Shown here piece by piece: positions 1 to 8,850 of a stretch of DNA of 29,039 nt (its first letter is position 1; every line of letters starts with the position of its first letter). Source of the DNA: a virus (lineage: Duplodnaviria > Caudoviricetes); IMG/VR virus record IMGVR_UViG_3300035492_000067, positions 1-29,039 of that record. One strand, 5' to 3'. A program made the translations under genes and the position numbers. The notes beneath the pieces are model-generated. The model saw only the letters and a list, made by a program, of their open reading frames with translations. It did not search any database and had not been told where the DNA came from.

Positions 1-1
1 T

Positions 2-3000
2 TTCTGATGCAATAATGGAGCCATCTACAACTAAAGATGCAGCTACCCAGTTAGTGCCATTGAACTCATAAGCATCCCGAGCATTCAACCATTTAACAAA
101 GAATGTATCTTTATTAACTGGATTTCTTCCTGCAACACTTGACGGTGTGAATAGTCCAGTCAAATATGTTGTAGTTATTGTTGGCTTATTTGTATTAACA
201 TTTACAGAATAAAATCCAGCACCAACTTGCCCGTCAATACCTTGTTGACCTTGTAAACCGTTCCAACGTACAGGGGTAGACCAAACGCCTTCAATATTTC
301 CGTTACTTAATCTTGTTACACGAGACGCATATATAGGGGACGTTGTATTAGGTGGTGTAATAGTCCAACCAGATGGGTTTGTACCTGTTGGAGTAGTTGA
401 ACTTGTTGAATATCTTGTTTCAAAAGTTTTACCATCTAATGCACGAATATCTGCCTCTGAACTAACAGTGTATCCGCCAACAATTAAACGACCATTTAAT
501 GTTAATGTTTGAGTTGTTTCATCATAATAAAATAAATTGTTTCCACCAACATTAACCGAAAATTTATTTCTAGCTACGACATTACCAGCATCATCTACAT
601 AAAATTGACCATTTGTAGTGTTAACTGTACCAGTACCATACCAAATAGGTAATGCAGTATTGCCGATTTCAACTCTTGTACCAGAAGCAGCAGTTCTAAT
701 TAAAGAACCAGTGATTGTTTTACCATCTATTGCATTTGCTTGAATTTTGGAAGCTGTTATAGCATTTGAAGCTATTTGGTCAGCAGTAATTGTATTAGCG
801 ACAATTTTATCTGCACTAATTGTATTAGCTGCTATTTTGTCACCGGTTATTGTATTAGCTACAATCTTATCCGCATTCACACTGTTAGCTGCCAGTTGAT
901 TGGTGCCTATACTGTTAGCAATGATTTTATCTGCACCAATAGTATTTGCAGCAATTTTATCACCAGTAATGGTATTAGATACAATCTTATCTGCATTTAC
1001 AGAATTGGCTGCTAATTTATCTGCATTTACAGAGTTAGCTACCAACTTATCTGTACTAATACTGTTTGCTGCAATCTTGTCACCAGTTATTGTATTAGCT
1101 ACTAATGCATCACCTCTAATTGAACCAGTTAATAATACATCACCATCAATTTGCCACTCGTTTTCGGTATCATTCCAATACAGTTTACGTAAACCAGCAC
1201 CATTAACTAATTCAAATAAATCACCTTGGAATCTAATACCTCTGGTTTGACTATCAACAGTCAAACCGGTAATTGTATATTTTTCATCTCCTGGTTGTAA
1301 TACAGAAGTTCCCAAAAATGCACGACTTACGGCTTCGCCTGCATCATCTACAGCGGTTTTTAATATTAAGGCTGCTTCGTTATATGAACCATCTACGCCA
1401 ACCAACTCTGTTTTAATAGTTGCCAGTGCTTCCTGGTTATCTTCTGCTAAACTTCTAGCATCGATGGCTATGGTAGATACTGGTACCCTTGTATCCCCTT
1501 CCAAAACTGTTGTGGCTTCTAGGATTGAAGATGCTACAGCACCATCAGGATCGACAATTGCTCTGTCTAATCTATTAATTTCTGCACTAAATGTACCTTC
1601 TGCAGTACCAAGTTTAGCTTCCAAAACAGTAACTTCTTGGGCTAAAGCCAATCTTTCATTGGTTTCAGTTTGTAATGCTGTCTCTGCTCTTGCTACAGAT
1701 ACACCTATTTCAAGTTGATTTTTCTCTGCAAGATATAATCTGTAACCTTCAATTATTTGTTCTAATGCAGTCGAATCTACTTTTTTCTGAACACCCGAAA
1801 TAGAAACCAAAGCTGTTTGTGATATTGCTTTTGATAAATTAACATCATTTTGAATCTGTTGAACTTCACTAATTGTTGCATAATTGTCTTCTACATTTGT
1901 CGCTAAAGTTTCAATTGCTTCAATTCTTGCATCTGTTTCTGTTGTAACCAAATTAGTTACTTCAGTTTTTGTTGCATAAGTATTCTGAAAATTAGTTGTT
2001 AATGTATTAATTTCTGTAGCTCTTGCAGAAGATTCATCACTAACTAATTCTGTTAATTCATCCTTTGTAGCTTCAACAGTCGAATTGAAAGATGATTCAA
2101 GTGTTGAAATACTTTCAATTCTAGCATCTCTTTCTGTAGTAACAGCATTTGTTAATTCAGTTTTTGAAGCATAATTGTTTTGAACATTAGTTTCTAAAGA
2201 TGTAATTTGACTAGCTATAGCATCTGTTTCTGAACTAATTAAATTTGTTAAATCTGTTCTTGCAGCTTGGATTTCATTTCCAAAATTTGTTTGTAATTGA
2301 TTGAACTGAGCAATTCTTGCAGATTCTTCATCGCTAATAGCTTGTAATAATTGATTTACATTAGTTGTAATTTCATCATTGAATTCTGTTTGCAGATTTA
2401 AAATTTGTTGTGATAAACTTTGTTCTGTATTACTAACAGTTTCAAGTATAGATGTAGCAGAAGCAGATATTGCTTGATTGAAGTCTGTCTCTAGTGTTTG
2501 TACTGCTTGAACCCTTGCCTCTGTCTCATCTGCTATTGCTTGATTTAATTCAAATAAAGTAGCATTGACCTGTCCAACATCAGTACCAAATTTGGCTTCC
2601 AATAATAAGATTTCTTCTGCTAAAGCTAATTGCTCATTGGAAATTGTATTCAACTCATTTTTTGCTAAGGCTATAGCTACACCTTGTTCGAGTTGATTTT
2701 TCTTTGACAGATATAATTGATATTCTGCTTGTAAAGCAACTTGCTCTAAGTCTTTTGACTTTGATTGAATTCCTGAAATATTGACTATCTGTTCTTGAAT
2801 TCTACCGTTTGCTGCATCTATTAAAGATGAAGCGACAACTAAATCACCAGTTATGGTTTCCAGTTGATCATCTAAACCACCTTCCCTTTCATTGTATGCT
2901 TGAACAGTTTGCTCAATATTTGCATTTGCAGCATCAACCCAAAGAGCAGCATAGTTTGCTTTGGTTAATGTATCTTCTGTATCAAATTCCTGTAATGTAG

Positions 3001-4171
3001 CTTGAATAGTTGCATAGCTATCCAAGCCATTCAGAACAGTCTCTACGTTACTTCTGGTAACACCCTCTGCGGTGTATTGGTCTACAGTAACATAGTTGGT
3101 TAGACTGGCTTCCAGAGCGTTTAAATCTATACCGACTTGGTTAATCTGAGCAGTAATACCTTCCAACTCTGTAAGAGCAGCAGAGGGTTTACCAATTGTG
3201 ATAGAATTTACAGTGAATGTATCAGCTACAGATGCACCAAGAACTAATCTAATTCCAGTGACGTTACCGGTATATGTAGACTCACCATCCAAATTAAGGT
3301 TACGGACAAACACACTACCAGTAGGAATATCTTCAATAACGCCTGTATAAGTTTGAGTTGAGTTATCATCAAAAGTAACAATGATATTACCTGTCCAACC
3401 AGAACCACTTGTACGCTCTATACTGATTGAAATAAGAGGGTTTTCATCTGCGACATAAGACAAACTGGTATTCTGTATATCACCCCATGTCAGATTAATT
3501 TTAGATGTAGCTGGTGTCAGAGTACCATTTACAGCTACCCAACCTTCATTTGAGTTAAAGAAACCAAATGAATAAGCCGGTAAAACTGCATCAATAGCAC
3601 CAGCAATGGCTTGGTTAACCTCTGTGTAGGTAGCCCGTAAGTCAATTTGACCAGCTTGTAACAGCAGCTCAGATTCAGCATTTGTTATTCTATCTTCTGC
3701 TGATGTGACTCGTTGAGCTTGTAATTGAATTTCCGCATTTACACCATCAATCAATAAACCGGCTTGTGTAAATTGTTGGTCAGTGTATGCGTATGCAAGA
3801 TTTCTGATTGTTCCTGTAGTCGGATCAACCTCAAAAATAGCATTAGTAATATCAGATTGGTTTTGTCTTAATTGGACAGCTAAAGCAGTTGTTTCAAAAA
3901 GAAGTTTGTCACTTTCTTTTCTGTCCAACATATTTTTATTGATTTCAACTTTTACAGAATCTTGTACTTTTTGTAATTCAGTTTTTGTTTCTTCAATTCT
4001 TTGAGTTACTGTATTATCTAATTCACCAATTTGAAGTGTAAAATCAGATTGATATTGTTCAATTTTATCGTCAAGATTAGTTATAGCAGTATTAACAGTA
4101 ATTAGACTGTTTGATGTATTATCTGAAAGTTGCTGAATAGCTGTATCAGTTTCATCTCTTAGATCAGATAT
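2..4171 (-). CDS. Large tail fibre / receptor-binding protein, distal part (3'-partial); same frame as 4172..4834, after an in-frame TAA
   Basis: The frame continues ISDLRDETDTAIQQLSDNT... directly after the TAA, and the same frame reads ...FNGTNWVAASLVVDGSIIASE at the window edge. The ORF track lists no closed minus-strand ORF here, consistent with ~1390 stop-free codons. Contains coiled-coil repeats, a beta-rich insert and ANTITADKIV-type decapeptide repeats typical of phage tail proteins. The first ATG (3931) has no obvious Shine-Dalgarno. Confidence 0.85.
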   Translation of the reverse strand, partial: MSDLRDETDTAIQQLSDNTSNSLITVNTAITNLDDKIEQYQSDFTLQIGELDNTVTQRIEETKTELQKVQDSVKVEINKNMLDRKESDKLLFETTALAVQLRQNQSDITNAIFEVDPTTGTIRNLAYAYTDQQFTQAGLLIDGVNAEIQLQAQRVTSAEDRITNAESELLLQAGQIDLRATYTEVNQAIAGAIDAVLPAYSFGFFNSNEGWVAVNGTLTPATSKINLTWGDIQNTSLSYVADENPLISISIERTSGSGWTGNIIVTFDDNSTQTYTGVIEDIPTGSVFVRNLNLDGESTYTGNVTGIRLVLGASVADTFTVNSITIGKPSAALTELEGITAQINQVGIDLNALEASLTNYVTVDQYTAEGVTRSNVETVLNGLDSYATIQATLQEFDTEDTLTKANYAALWVDAANANIEQTVQAYNEREGGLDDQLETITGDLVVASSLIDAANGRIQEQIVNISGIQSKSKDLEQVALQAEYQLYLSKKNQLEQGVAIALAKNELNTISNEQLALAEEILLLEAKFGTDVGQVNATLFELNQAIADETEARVQAVQTLETDFNQAISASATSILETVSNTEQSLSQQILNLQTEFNDEITTNVNQLLQAISDEESARIAQFNQLQTNFGNEIQAARTDLTNLISSETDAIASQITSLETNVQNNYASKTELTNAVTTERDARIESISTLESSFNSTVEATKDELTELVSDESSARATEINTLTTNFQNTYATKTEVTNLVTTETDARIEAIETLATNVEDNYATISEVQQIQNDVNLSKAISQTALVSISGVQKKVDSTALEQIIEGYRLYLAEKNQLEIGVSVARAETALQTETNERLALAQEVTVLEAKLGTAEGTFSAEINRLDRAIVDPDGAVASSILEATTVLEGDTRVPVSTIAIDARSLAEDNQEALATIKTELVGVDGSYNEAALILKTAVDDAGEAVSRAFLGTSVLQPGDEKYTITGLTVDSQTRGIRFQGDLFELVNGAGLRKLYWNDTENEWQIDGDVLLTGSIRGDALVANTITGDKIAANSISTDKLVANSVNADKLAANSVNADKIVSNTITGDKIAANTIGADKIIANSIGTNQLAANSVNADKIVANTITGDKIAANTISADKIVANTITADQIASNAITASKIQANAIDGKTITGSLIRTAASGTRVEIGNTALPIWYGTGTVNTTNGQFYVDDAGNVVARNKFSVNVGGNNLFYYDETTQTLTLNGRLIVGGYTVSSEADIRALDGKTFETRYSTSSTTPTGTNPSGWTITPPNTTSPIYASRVTRLSNGNIEGVWSTPVRWNGLQGQQGIDGQVGAGFYSVNVNTNKPTITTTYLTGLFTPSSVAGRNPVNKDTFFVKWLNARDAYEFNGTNWVAASLVVDGSIIASE
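740..1099 (-). repeat. 12 tandem 30-bp coding repeats (decapeptide ANTITGDKIA / ANSVNADKIV) with a 120-bp super-period
   Basis: Manual translation. (A/S)NTITGDKIA recurs as units 1, 5 and 9, and ANSVNADKIV as units 4 and 8. Confidence 0.9.
1830..2640 (-). repeat. Degenerate 32-33-aa coiled-coil repeats (xExxARxxxIxxLxTxF/V) in the tail fibre
   Basis: AR dipeptide codons at about 2513, 2315, 2120, 2021 and 1925, spaced by 96-99 nt or twice that. Confidence 0.75.
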
Positions 4172-4834
4172 TTATGTGTTTGTAGAAACAACTAAGTCCT
4201 GTAATTCTTGATCTAAATCAGAAGTTACATTAGTGATATTACCAATATCGGTGTTTAACTGATCTAATTCATTTCTAACTTGAACAAGAGTAGTATTATT
4301 CAGAAATGTTAATTCATCATCTAATTCCGCCAATTTCTGTGCATTGTCGGCTAAATCCAGACTGACCTGTACTAATGTAACATCATTTAGATATTCTAAA
4401 TCTTGGTTCAGTTCTATTAATTTTTGAGCATTATCTGCTAAATCTGCATTTACGCCAGGTAAGATGTTATTGTTTAAGTCATTTAAGTCTGCTTCTACAA
4501 CATCTAATCTGTCTTCCAAATCACCTATTGGACCACCTGGTCCTAACCTTGCAACCAAATCACGAGCCAAAACTCCAGCAATAACAACATCACTATCTTC
4601 TACAGACAAATCATCTCTAAATTCATCTATAGCAACAAATTCAAAATTTGTGTTAGAATCTGGATTTGTCCCAGGTTCAACTGTATGCGGTAATGTTCCT
4701 GTCCAAGACCAAATACTTCCTGCGGAATCTACACCAACATGTGAAGGCTCGGTAAATATAAAACCTTGTTCAAAGAATCCAACAACTTCAACTGGATTTG
4801 TAGTTTTGTTTAGAATATCACCGATTTCCATCAA
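4172..4834 (-). CDS. Tail fibre/tailspike N-terminal part (attachment domain plus coiled coil), ending at a probably premature TAA
   Basis: SD GAGGT lies upstream (start TTG 4834 or ATG 4831). GFFEQGF...WSWTGTLPHTVEPGTNP resembles the tailspike TSP1/Gp66-type N-terminal domain and is followed by 29-aa coiled-coil repeats. Confidence 0.75.
   Translation of the reverse strand: MMEIGDILNKTTNPVEVVGFFEQGFIFTEPSHVGVDSAGSIWSWTGTLPHTVEPGTNPDSNTNFEFVAIDEFRDDLSVEDSDVVIAGVLARDLVARLGPGGPIGDLEDRLDVVEADLNDLNNNILPGVNADLADNAQKLIELNQDLEYLNDVTLVQVSLDLADNAQKLAELDDELTFLNNTTLVQVRNELDQLNTDIGNITNVTSDLDQELQDLVVSTNT
4270..4490 (-). repeat. 29-aa repeats (DLADNAQKL..L...L..LN..TLVQV) in the tail fibre N-terminal part
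   Basis: DLADNAQKL occurs twice, 29 residues apart, with partial flanking copies. Confidence 0.8.
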
Positions 4835-4848
4835 GTGGACACCTCTTG

Positions 4849-4877
4849 TTGACAGATTGACTTTTTCTGTTTAAAAT
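4849..4877 (+). promoter_or_regulatory. sigma70-like promoter for the ligase operon
   Basis: TTGACA (4849-4854), 17-bp spacer, TAAAAT (4872-4877). Confidence 0.7.
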
Positions 4878-4891
4878 GACACTAATAAATC

Positions 4892-4899
4892 TATTTAGT
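4892..4899 (-). promoter_or_regulatory. Putative T4-type late promoter (ACTAAATA) for the tail fibre gene
   Basis: TAAATA core about 60 nt upstream of a structural gene. The window encodes the late co-activator gp33. Confidence 0.5.
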
Positions 4900-4917
4900 G
4901 GAACACTAGGAGAAAAC

Positions 4918-6240
4918 ATGATTCATATTCTTAATCAACTATCATCTACATCTGGACGTAATGACAAAACACAAATTCTGTCATCATTGACTGGTCCAGA
5001 ATTAGACACATTCAAATCTGTAGCTGTTTTAACATATAGTCCCGAGATTGACTTCTATGTTAAAAAATATACTCGGTCAAATATCCATACAGGTTCAAAA
5101 TCACTGAATCAAGTATTGTCGGAATTAAATGTTTTGTCGAATCGAATTTTAACTGGTAATGCAGCTATTCAATTCTTACAAGCTTGTGATGAAGTGCTAT
5201 CAGAAGATGATGCAGAAGTGTTACATCGGATTATCCAACGTGATCTGAAATGTGGTATCAATAAAAAGACAATTAATGATATTTGGCCAGAATTGATTTA
5301 TGAACACCCATATATGCGTTGTTCAAGTTTTAATTCAAAAAATCTATCCAACATTAAACTTCCTGCTTATAGTCAAACTAAGGAAGATGGTCTTTATATT
5401 GACGTAATTGTTGATAATGGTAAAGTGACTCATAGAACACGTAATGGTAGTTTTATTCAACTATCAGAAGCAAACAGAGATGCGCATTTAATCCGTTATG
5501 CAGATAACCATGTATTACAGGGTGAAGCTGTTGTCCTTAGTGAAGATGGTACATCATACTTGGACAGAAAAACTGGAAATGGTTACCTAAATTCAGACAG
5601 TATTGATACGAGTCGTGTTGTATTTGTTCTATGGGATATGATTCCATTAGCAGATTACAAGAAAAAAACGTGTAAAATCAAATACCAAAACCGACTAATT
5701 GAATTAACAAAAGTTGTAGATAATTCTTTAGGTCTTGTGATGATTGATACAGAAGTTGTTACATCTATTGACGAGATCATCAAACACTTTCAAGATAATG
5801 TTGCCGATGGTAAAGAAGGTACAGTTATTAAAAATTTCAATGGTTACTGGAAACCTGGTACATCTAAGGACCAAGTCAAATGTAAAATTGAATTTGAAAT
5901 GGAACTTGTGGTGGTTGACAAGAAAGAGGGTACTGGTAAAAACGTAGGACGACTTGGTGCCTTAACATGTGAATCATCTGATGGTTTAGTTAAAGTATCA
6001 GTTGGTTCAGGATTCTCAGATGAACAACGTGATGAGTTCTGGAATACCGATATGAACGGCAAAGTTGTTACGGTAAAAGCTAATGACTTAATTCAGAATC
6101 AAAATACTTTAGAAGTCTGGTCACTGTTTTTACCTAGATTCATCGAAGTTAGAAATGATAAAAGTGAAGCAGATTCACTTGACCGTATCAAAGAACAACG
6201 TGATGCATTCGCAAACAGTTTATCGGCAATTAATTTATAA
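4918..6240 (+). CDS. 30: ATP-dependent DNA ligase (T4 gp30-like)
   Basis: Motif I QTKEDG, LQGEAV, FVLWD, EGTVIK, VKCK, and OB-fold VSVGSGFSD / LFLPRF. Start moved to ATG 4918, behind SD AGGAG. Confidence 0.95.
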   Translation: MIHILNQLSSTSGRNDKTQILSSLTGPELDTFKSVAVLTYSPEIDFYVKKYTRSNIHTGSKSLNQVLSELNVLSNRILTGNAAIQFLQACDEVLSEDDAEVLHRIIQRDLKCGINKKTINDIWPELIYEHPYMRCSSFNSKNLSNIKLPAYSQTKEDGLYIDVIVDNGKVTHRTRNGSFIQLSEANRDAHLIRYADNHVLQGEAVVLSEDGTSYLDRKTGNGYLNSDSIDTSRVVFVLWDMIPLADYKKKTCKIKYQNRLIELTKVVDNSLGLVMIDTEVVTSIDEIIKHFQDNVADGKEGTVIKNFNGYWKPGTSKDQVKCKIEFEMELVVVDKKEGTGKNVGRLGALTCESSDGLVKVSVGSGFSDEQRDEFWNTDMNGKVVTVKANDLIQNQNTLEVWSLFLPRFIEVRNDKSEADSLDRIKEQRDAFANSLSAINL

Positions 6241-6249
6241 GGAACTACA

Positions 6250-6417
6250 ATGAAAGGAACAACTTCAACATCAATAGGCAGTGTTATTTTCCTATTTTTA
6301 TGGATAATGGGATTTGTAGTTGCTAAAGGATTTTGGTCAACTCTATTCTGTATTATTCCATTCTGGGCACTTTATCTGTCCATTGAACATATCTTATTAT
6401 CTGTAGGGTGGTTATAA
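6250..6417 (+). CDS. Small membrane protein (55 aa; not in the ORF track)
   Basis: SD AAGGA, then MKGTTSTSIGSVIFLFLWIMGFVVAKGFWSTLFCIIPFWALYLSIEHILLSVGWL*. TAATG overlap with the next gene. Confidence 0.8.
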   Translation: MKGTTSTSIGSVIFLFLWIMGFVVAKGFWSTLFCIIPFWALYLSIEHILLSVGWL

Positions 6418-6680
6418 TGCCACTCTATGACTATAAATGTAATTCTTGCGAACATACTTTTGAATCAAGTAGAAAGTATGATAACCGACTTGACCCAGAA
6501 TCCGAACCTTGTCCAGAATGCGGTGCAACAGATGTGAAATATAAGATTTCTGCTCCAAACATCTGTTATTCTGCAAAAGGTTCTTTAAAGACCACGGATT
6601 CCTTTAATGATCGGTTAAAAGAAATTAAAAAGAAAATTCCTAAAGCAGATGGTGATAGGATGGCCCATAATATTAGGTGA
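6417..6680 (+). CDS. FmdB-family zinc-ribbon protein
   Basis: MPLYDYKCNSCEHTFE...CPECG. Start ATG 6417 is coupled to the upstream stop. Confidence 0.9.
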   Translation: MPLYDYKCNSCEHTFESSRKYDNRLDPESEPCPECGATDVKYKISAPNICYSAKGSLKTTDSFNDRLKEIKKKIPKADGDRMAHNIR

Positions 6681-6755
6681 TAAATAAAATTGACACAAAC
6701 AGTATGAGTCATTTTAATGGAACTAATTAACCTAAAATTTGATTTCACCGATTTC

Positions 6756-6789
6756 AGCCCAGGTAGATGAAAGTCTCTTGGGCTTTTTT
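6756..6789 (+). terminator. Intrinsic terminator-like hairpin upstream of phoH
   Basis: AGCCCAGG(T)AGAT-GAAA-GTCTCTTGGGCT followed by a T-run. Confidence 0.75.
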
Positions 6790-6824
6790 GTGTCTCACTT
6801 TTAATCAACGTAGGTATTTGAACT

Positions 6825-7565
6825 ATGTCAAGAAATAACAGAGCAAAACGTGAAGCAAAACAACAACAGAGTTATGAATTTCAAGAACCACAAAACAATG
6901 TTTATCAATTGGAATTTAAACGTCCATCAAGTAAACCTATTGAAGCTCTAACAGATAATCAACAGTCGCATTTAACATCATTATTGCATGACAGTATAGT
7001 TATTTCAATCGGTCCAGCCGGTACAGGCAAGACATATTTGAGTGCAGCTGTTGCCGCAGAGATGTATATGCAAAAACATGTGCGTCAATTAATTCTCACA
7101 AGACCTGCTGTAGAAGCTGGTGAAAAACTAGGTTTTCTACCAGGTGACATAGATGAAAAATATGCACCATATATCAAACCATTCATGAAAGGTATTGTAG
7201 ATAGGATTGGTTCAAATAAGTTTCAGTGTGATTTTGGTAAAAATATTCTTGCAGAACCTATTAACTTTATGCGTGGTGAAACATACGACAATGCAATTAT
7301 CCTACTAGATGAAGCTCAAAACTTGACAATCAAAGAAGTGAAGTTGATTCTCACTCGAATAGGTAATAACACGAAGATGTTCATTTCTGGTGACACAGTT
7401 CAATGTGATCTGGATTTAAATGGAGAGGAGAATGGTCTGGCTTGGTTAATTAGACAGTTTAGGGACCAACAAATGCCGTTTGACATAATTGAATACAATA
7501 TGAAAGATTGTGTCAGATCTGATCTATGTAAGATGATGTTAAAAATGATCTCCAACGCAAAGTAG
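6825..7565 (+). CDS. phoH: PhoH-family ATPase
   Basis: GPAGTGKT, LTRPAVE, LGFLPGD, MRG, LDEAQN, LTRIG, GDxxQxD. Confidence 0.95.
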   Translation: MSRNNRAKREAKQQQSYEFQEPQNNVYQLEFKRPSSKPIEALTDNQQSHLTSLLHDSIVISIGPAGTGKTYLSAAVAAEMYMQKHVRQLILTRPAVEAGEKLGFLPGDIDEKYAPYIKPFMKGIVDRIGSNKFQCDFGKNILAEPINFMRGETYDNAIILLDEAQNLTIKEVKLILTRIGNNTKMFISGDTVQCDLDLNGEENGLAWLIRQFRDQQMPFDIIEYNMKDCVRSDLCKMMLKMISNAK

Positions 7566-7567
7566 TG

Positions 7568-7620
7568 TAGACAAATACATTGGAGTCTGTTATTCTGTGA
7601 ACAGACTCCAATTGTGAAGG
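7568..7620 (+). promoter_or_regulatory. Promoter / inverted repeat / GTGAAGG cassette 1
   Basis: TAGACA-17-TATTCT. 13-bp perfect inverted repeat 7579-7591/7600-7612 across the -10. GTGAAGG at 7614. Confidence 0.75.
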
Positions 7621-7627
7621 TTTTGAT

Positions 7628-8137
7628 ATGATATATGAATGGTTACAGACATTTAGGATAATTTATATCCTAAAGAAAAAATCAAAATACAAATTTAAAG
7701 TTAGAATTACTTTACAAGAATCTTCAAGATATATGTTTCGGTGTTTTGATTATAATTATAAAAGACGCTGTTCTAGTATTGTAATTTGTATGTCCGTTTT
7801 TGCAAAAAATCCTACTATAACTTTTCTTCATGAATATGGACATATTCTTGATATCATGACAGTTAAAAATGAAAAACTACTAGCTAATAACGGTTATATG
7901 TCATTTAATGATGCTTCGAGTATTAGACAAAATTATGTCCTAAACTCAGAAATAAAAGCATCTAAGTGTGCTTTAAGATTATCAAAACTATTCTGCACCA
8001 ATAAAAACAAATATAGGGAATATCTATACTGGGCTTTTGGTACATATTTAAAGTTATACAAAGAAAATATTGATAAAGCTGATTTAGATTATAGAGCATT
8101 CAAGTTATTCGGAATAAAAGATGTCATTAGGTTTTAA
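7628..8137 (+). CDS. Basic hypothetical protein with HExxH zincin-like motif
   Basis: FLHEYGH plus a downstream SEIKA. Own promoter and SD; very AT-rich. Confidence 0.6.
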   Translation: MIYEWLQTFRIIYILKKKSKYKFKVRITLQESSRYMFRCFDYNYKRRCSSIVICMSVFAKNPTITFLHEYGHILDIMTVKNEKLLANNGYMSFNDASSIRQNYVLNSEIKASKCALRLSKLFCTNKNKYREYLYWAFGTYLKLYKENIDKADLDYRAFKLFGIKDVIRF

Positions 8138-8840
8138 AACATTTGAATGGATTAATTTACCATTTCAAGAAATTCAGACAGAAGAGGGGCAGACTAGGTA
8201 TTACCTAGTTGGTGACCAAAAACTACCATCCATGACATCCATTCTCGGAATTTTGGAAGATGGAACCATAGATGATTGGAGAGATGCCGTAGGACACGAA
8301 GAAGCAGACCGCATTGTATCAGAGGCAATTAAAAGAGGTAATAGCTTACATGAAATCTCTGAATTATATCTAAAAAATGAATTGACCAGAGATTTAATAA
8401 AGGGACCTGGTGCATTATTATTTAACAGATCAAAGAAATATCTTGACGAATTAGGTCCAATAGTTGCAATAGAAGTTCCACTATATAACCTAAAAATGAA
8501 TTATGCAGGTAGGGTAGACTGTATAGCTTTTCACAAAGGTGATTTATGTATAGTTGACCATAAAAATTCAAGAAATCCTATAGATTTGAAAAAGGATTAT
8601 GGTCGTAAAAAACTATTCAAGTATTTGTTACAGATGCAAGGTTATCGTGCAGCATTTAAAGAAATGTTTCCTAAATTTCCTGAACCGACACACGGTATTC
8701 TAATTGTCGGTAATTTTAGGACTATGAACTCAACAATGTTCAAATATAAACTAGACTCTATGGAAAAAGAGTTTGACTTATTAATAAATTCGTATTATGG
8801 TAATGCAGATATAAAGGAATCAGCTTACTATCAACTGTGA
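8121..8840 (+). CDS. PD-(D/E)XK-family exonuclease
   Basis: LPSMTSIL, RGNSLH, IEVPL, AGRVDCI, IVDHKNS, QMQGY. This gene commonly lies next to phoH in T4-like phages. Confidence 0.88.
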   Translation: MSLGFKTFEWINLPFQEIQTEEGQTRYYLVGDQKLPSMTSILGILEDGTIDDWRDAVGHEEADRIVSEAIKRGNSLHEISELYLKNELTRDLIKGPGALLFNRSKKYLDELGPIVAIEVPLYNLKMNYAGRVDCIAFHKGDLCIVDHKNSRNPIDLKKDYGRKKLFKYLLQMQGYRAAFKEMFPKFPEPTHGILIVGNFRTMNSTMFKYKLDSMEKEFDLLINSYYGNADIKESAYYQL

Positions 8841-8850
8841 GGTATTTGTT

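Noticed and set aside
740-1099. CRISPR-like array
   Set aside because: Contiguous degenerate coding repeats with third-position variation and no unique spacers.
4172-4174. Stop-codon reassignment (alternative genetic code)
   Set aside because: TAA, TAG and TGA all end clearly bounded genes elsewhere in the window.
776-4874. Plus-strand ORFs 776..1015, 900..1250, 1464..1718, 2809..3000, 3783..4004 and 4464..4874
   Set aside because: Antisense shadows of the tail fibre frame. The Cys-rich periodicity of 776..1015 just mirrors the 30-bp repeat.
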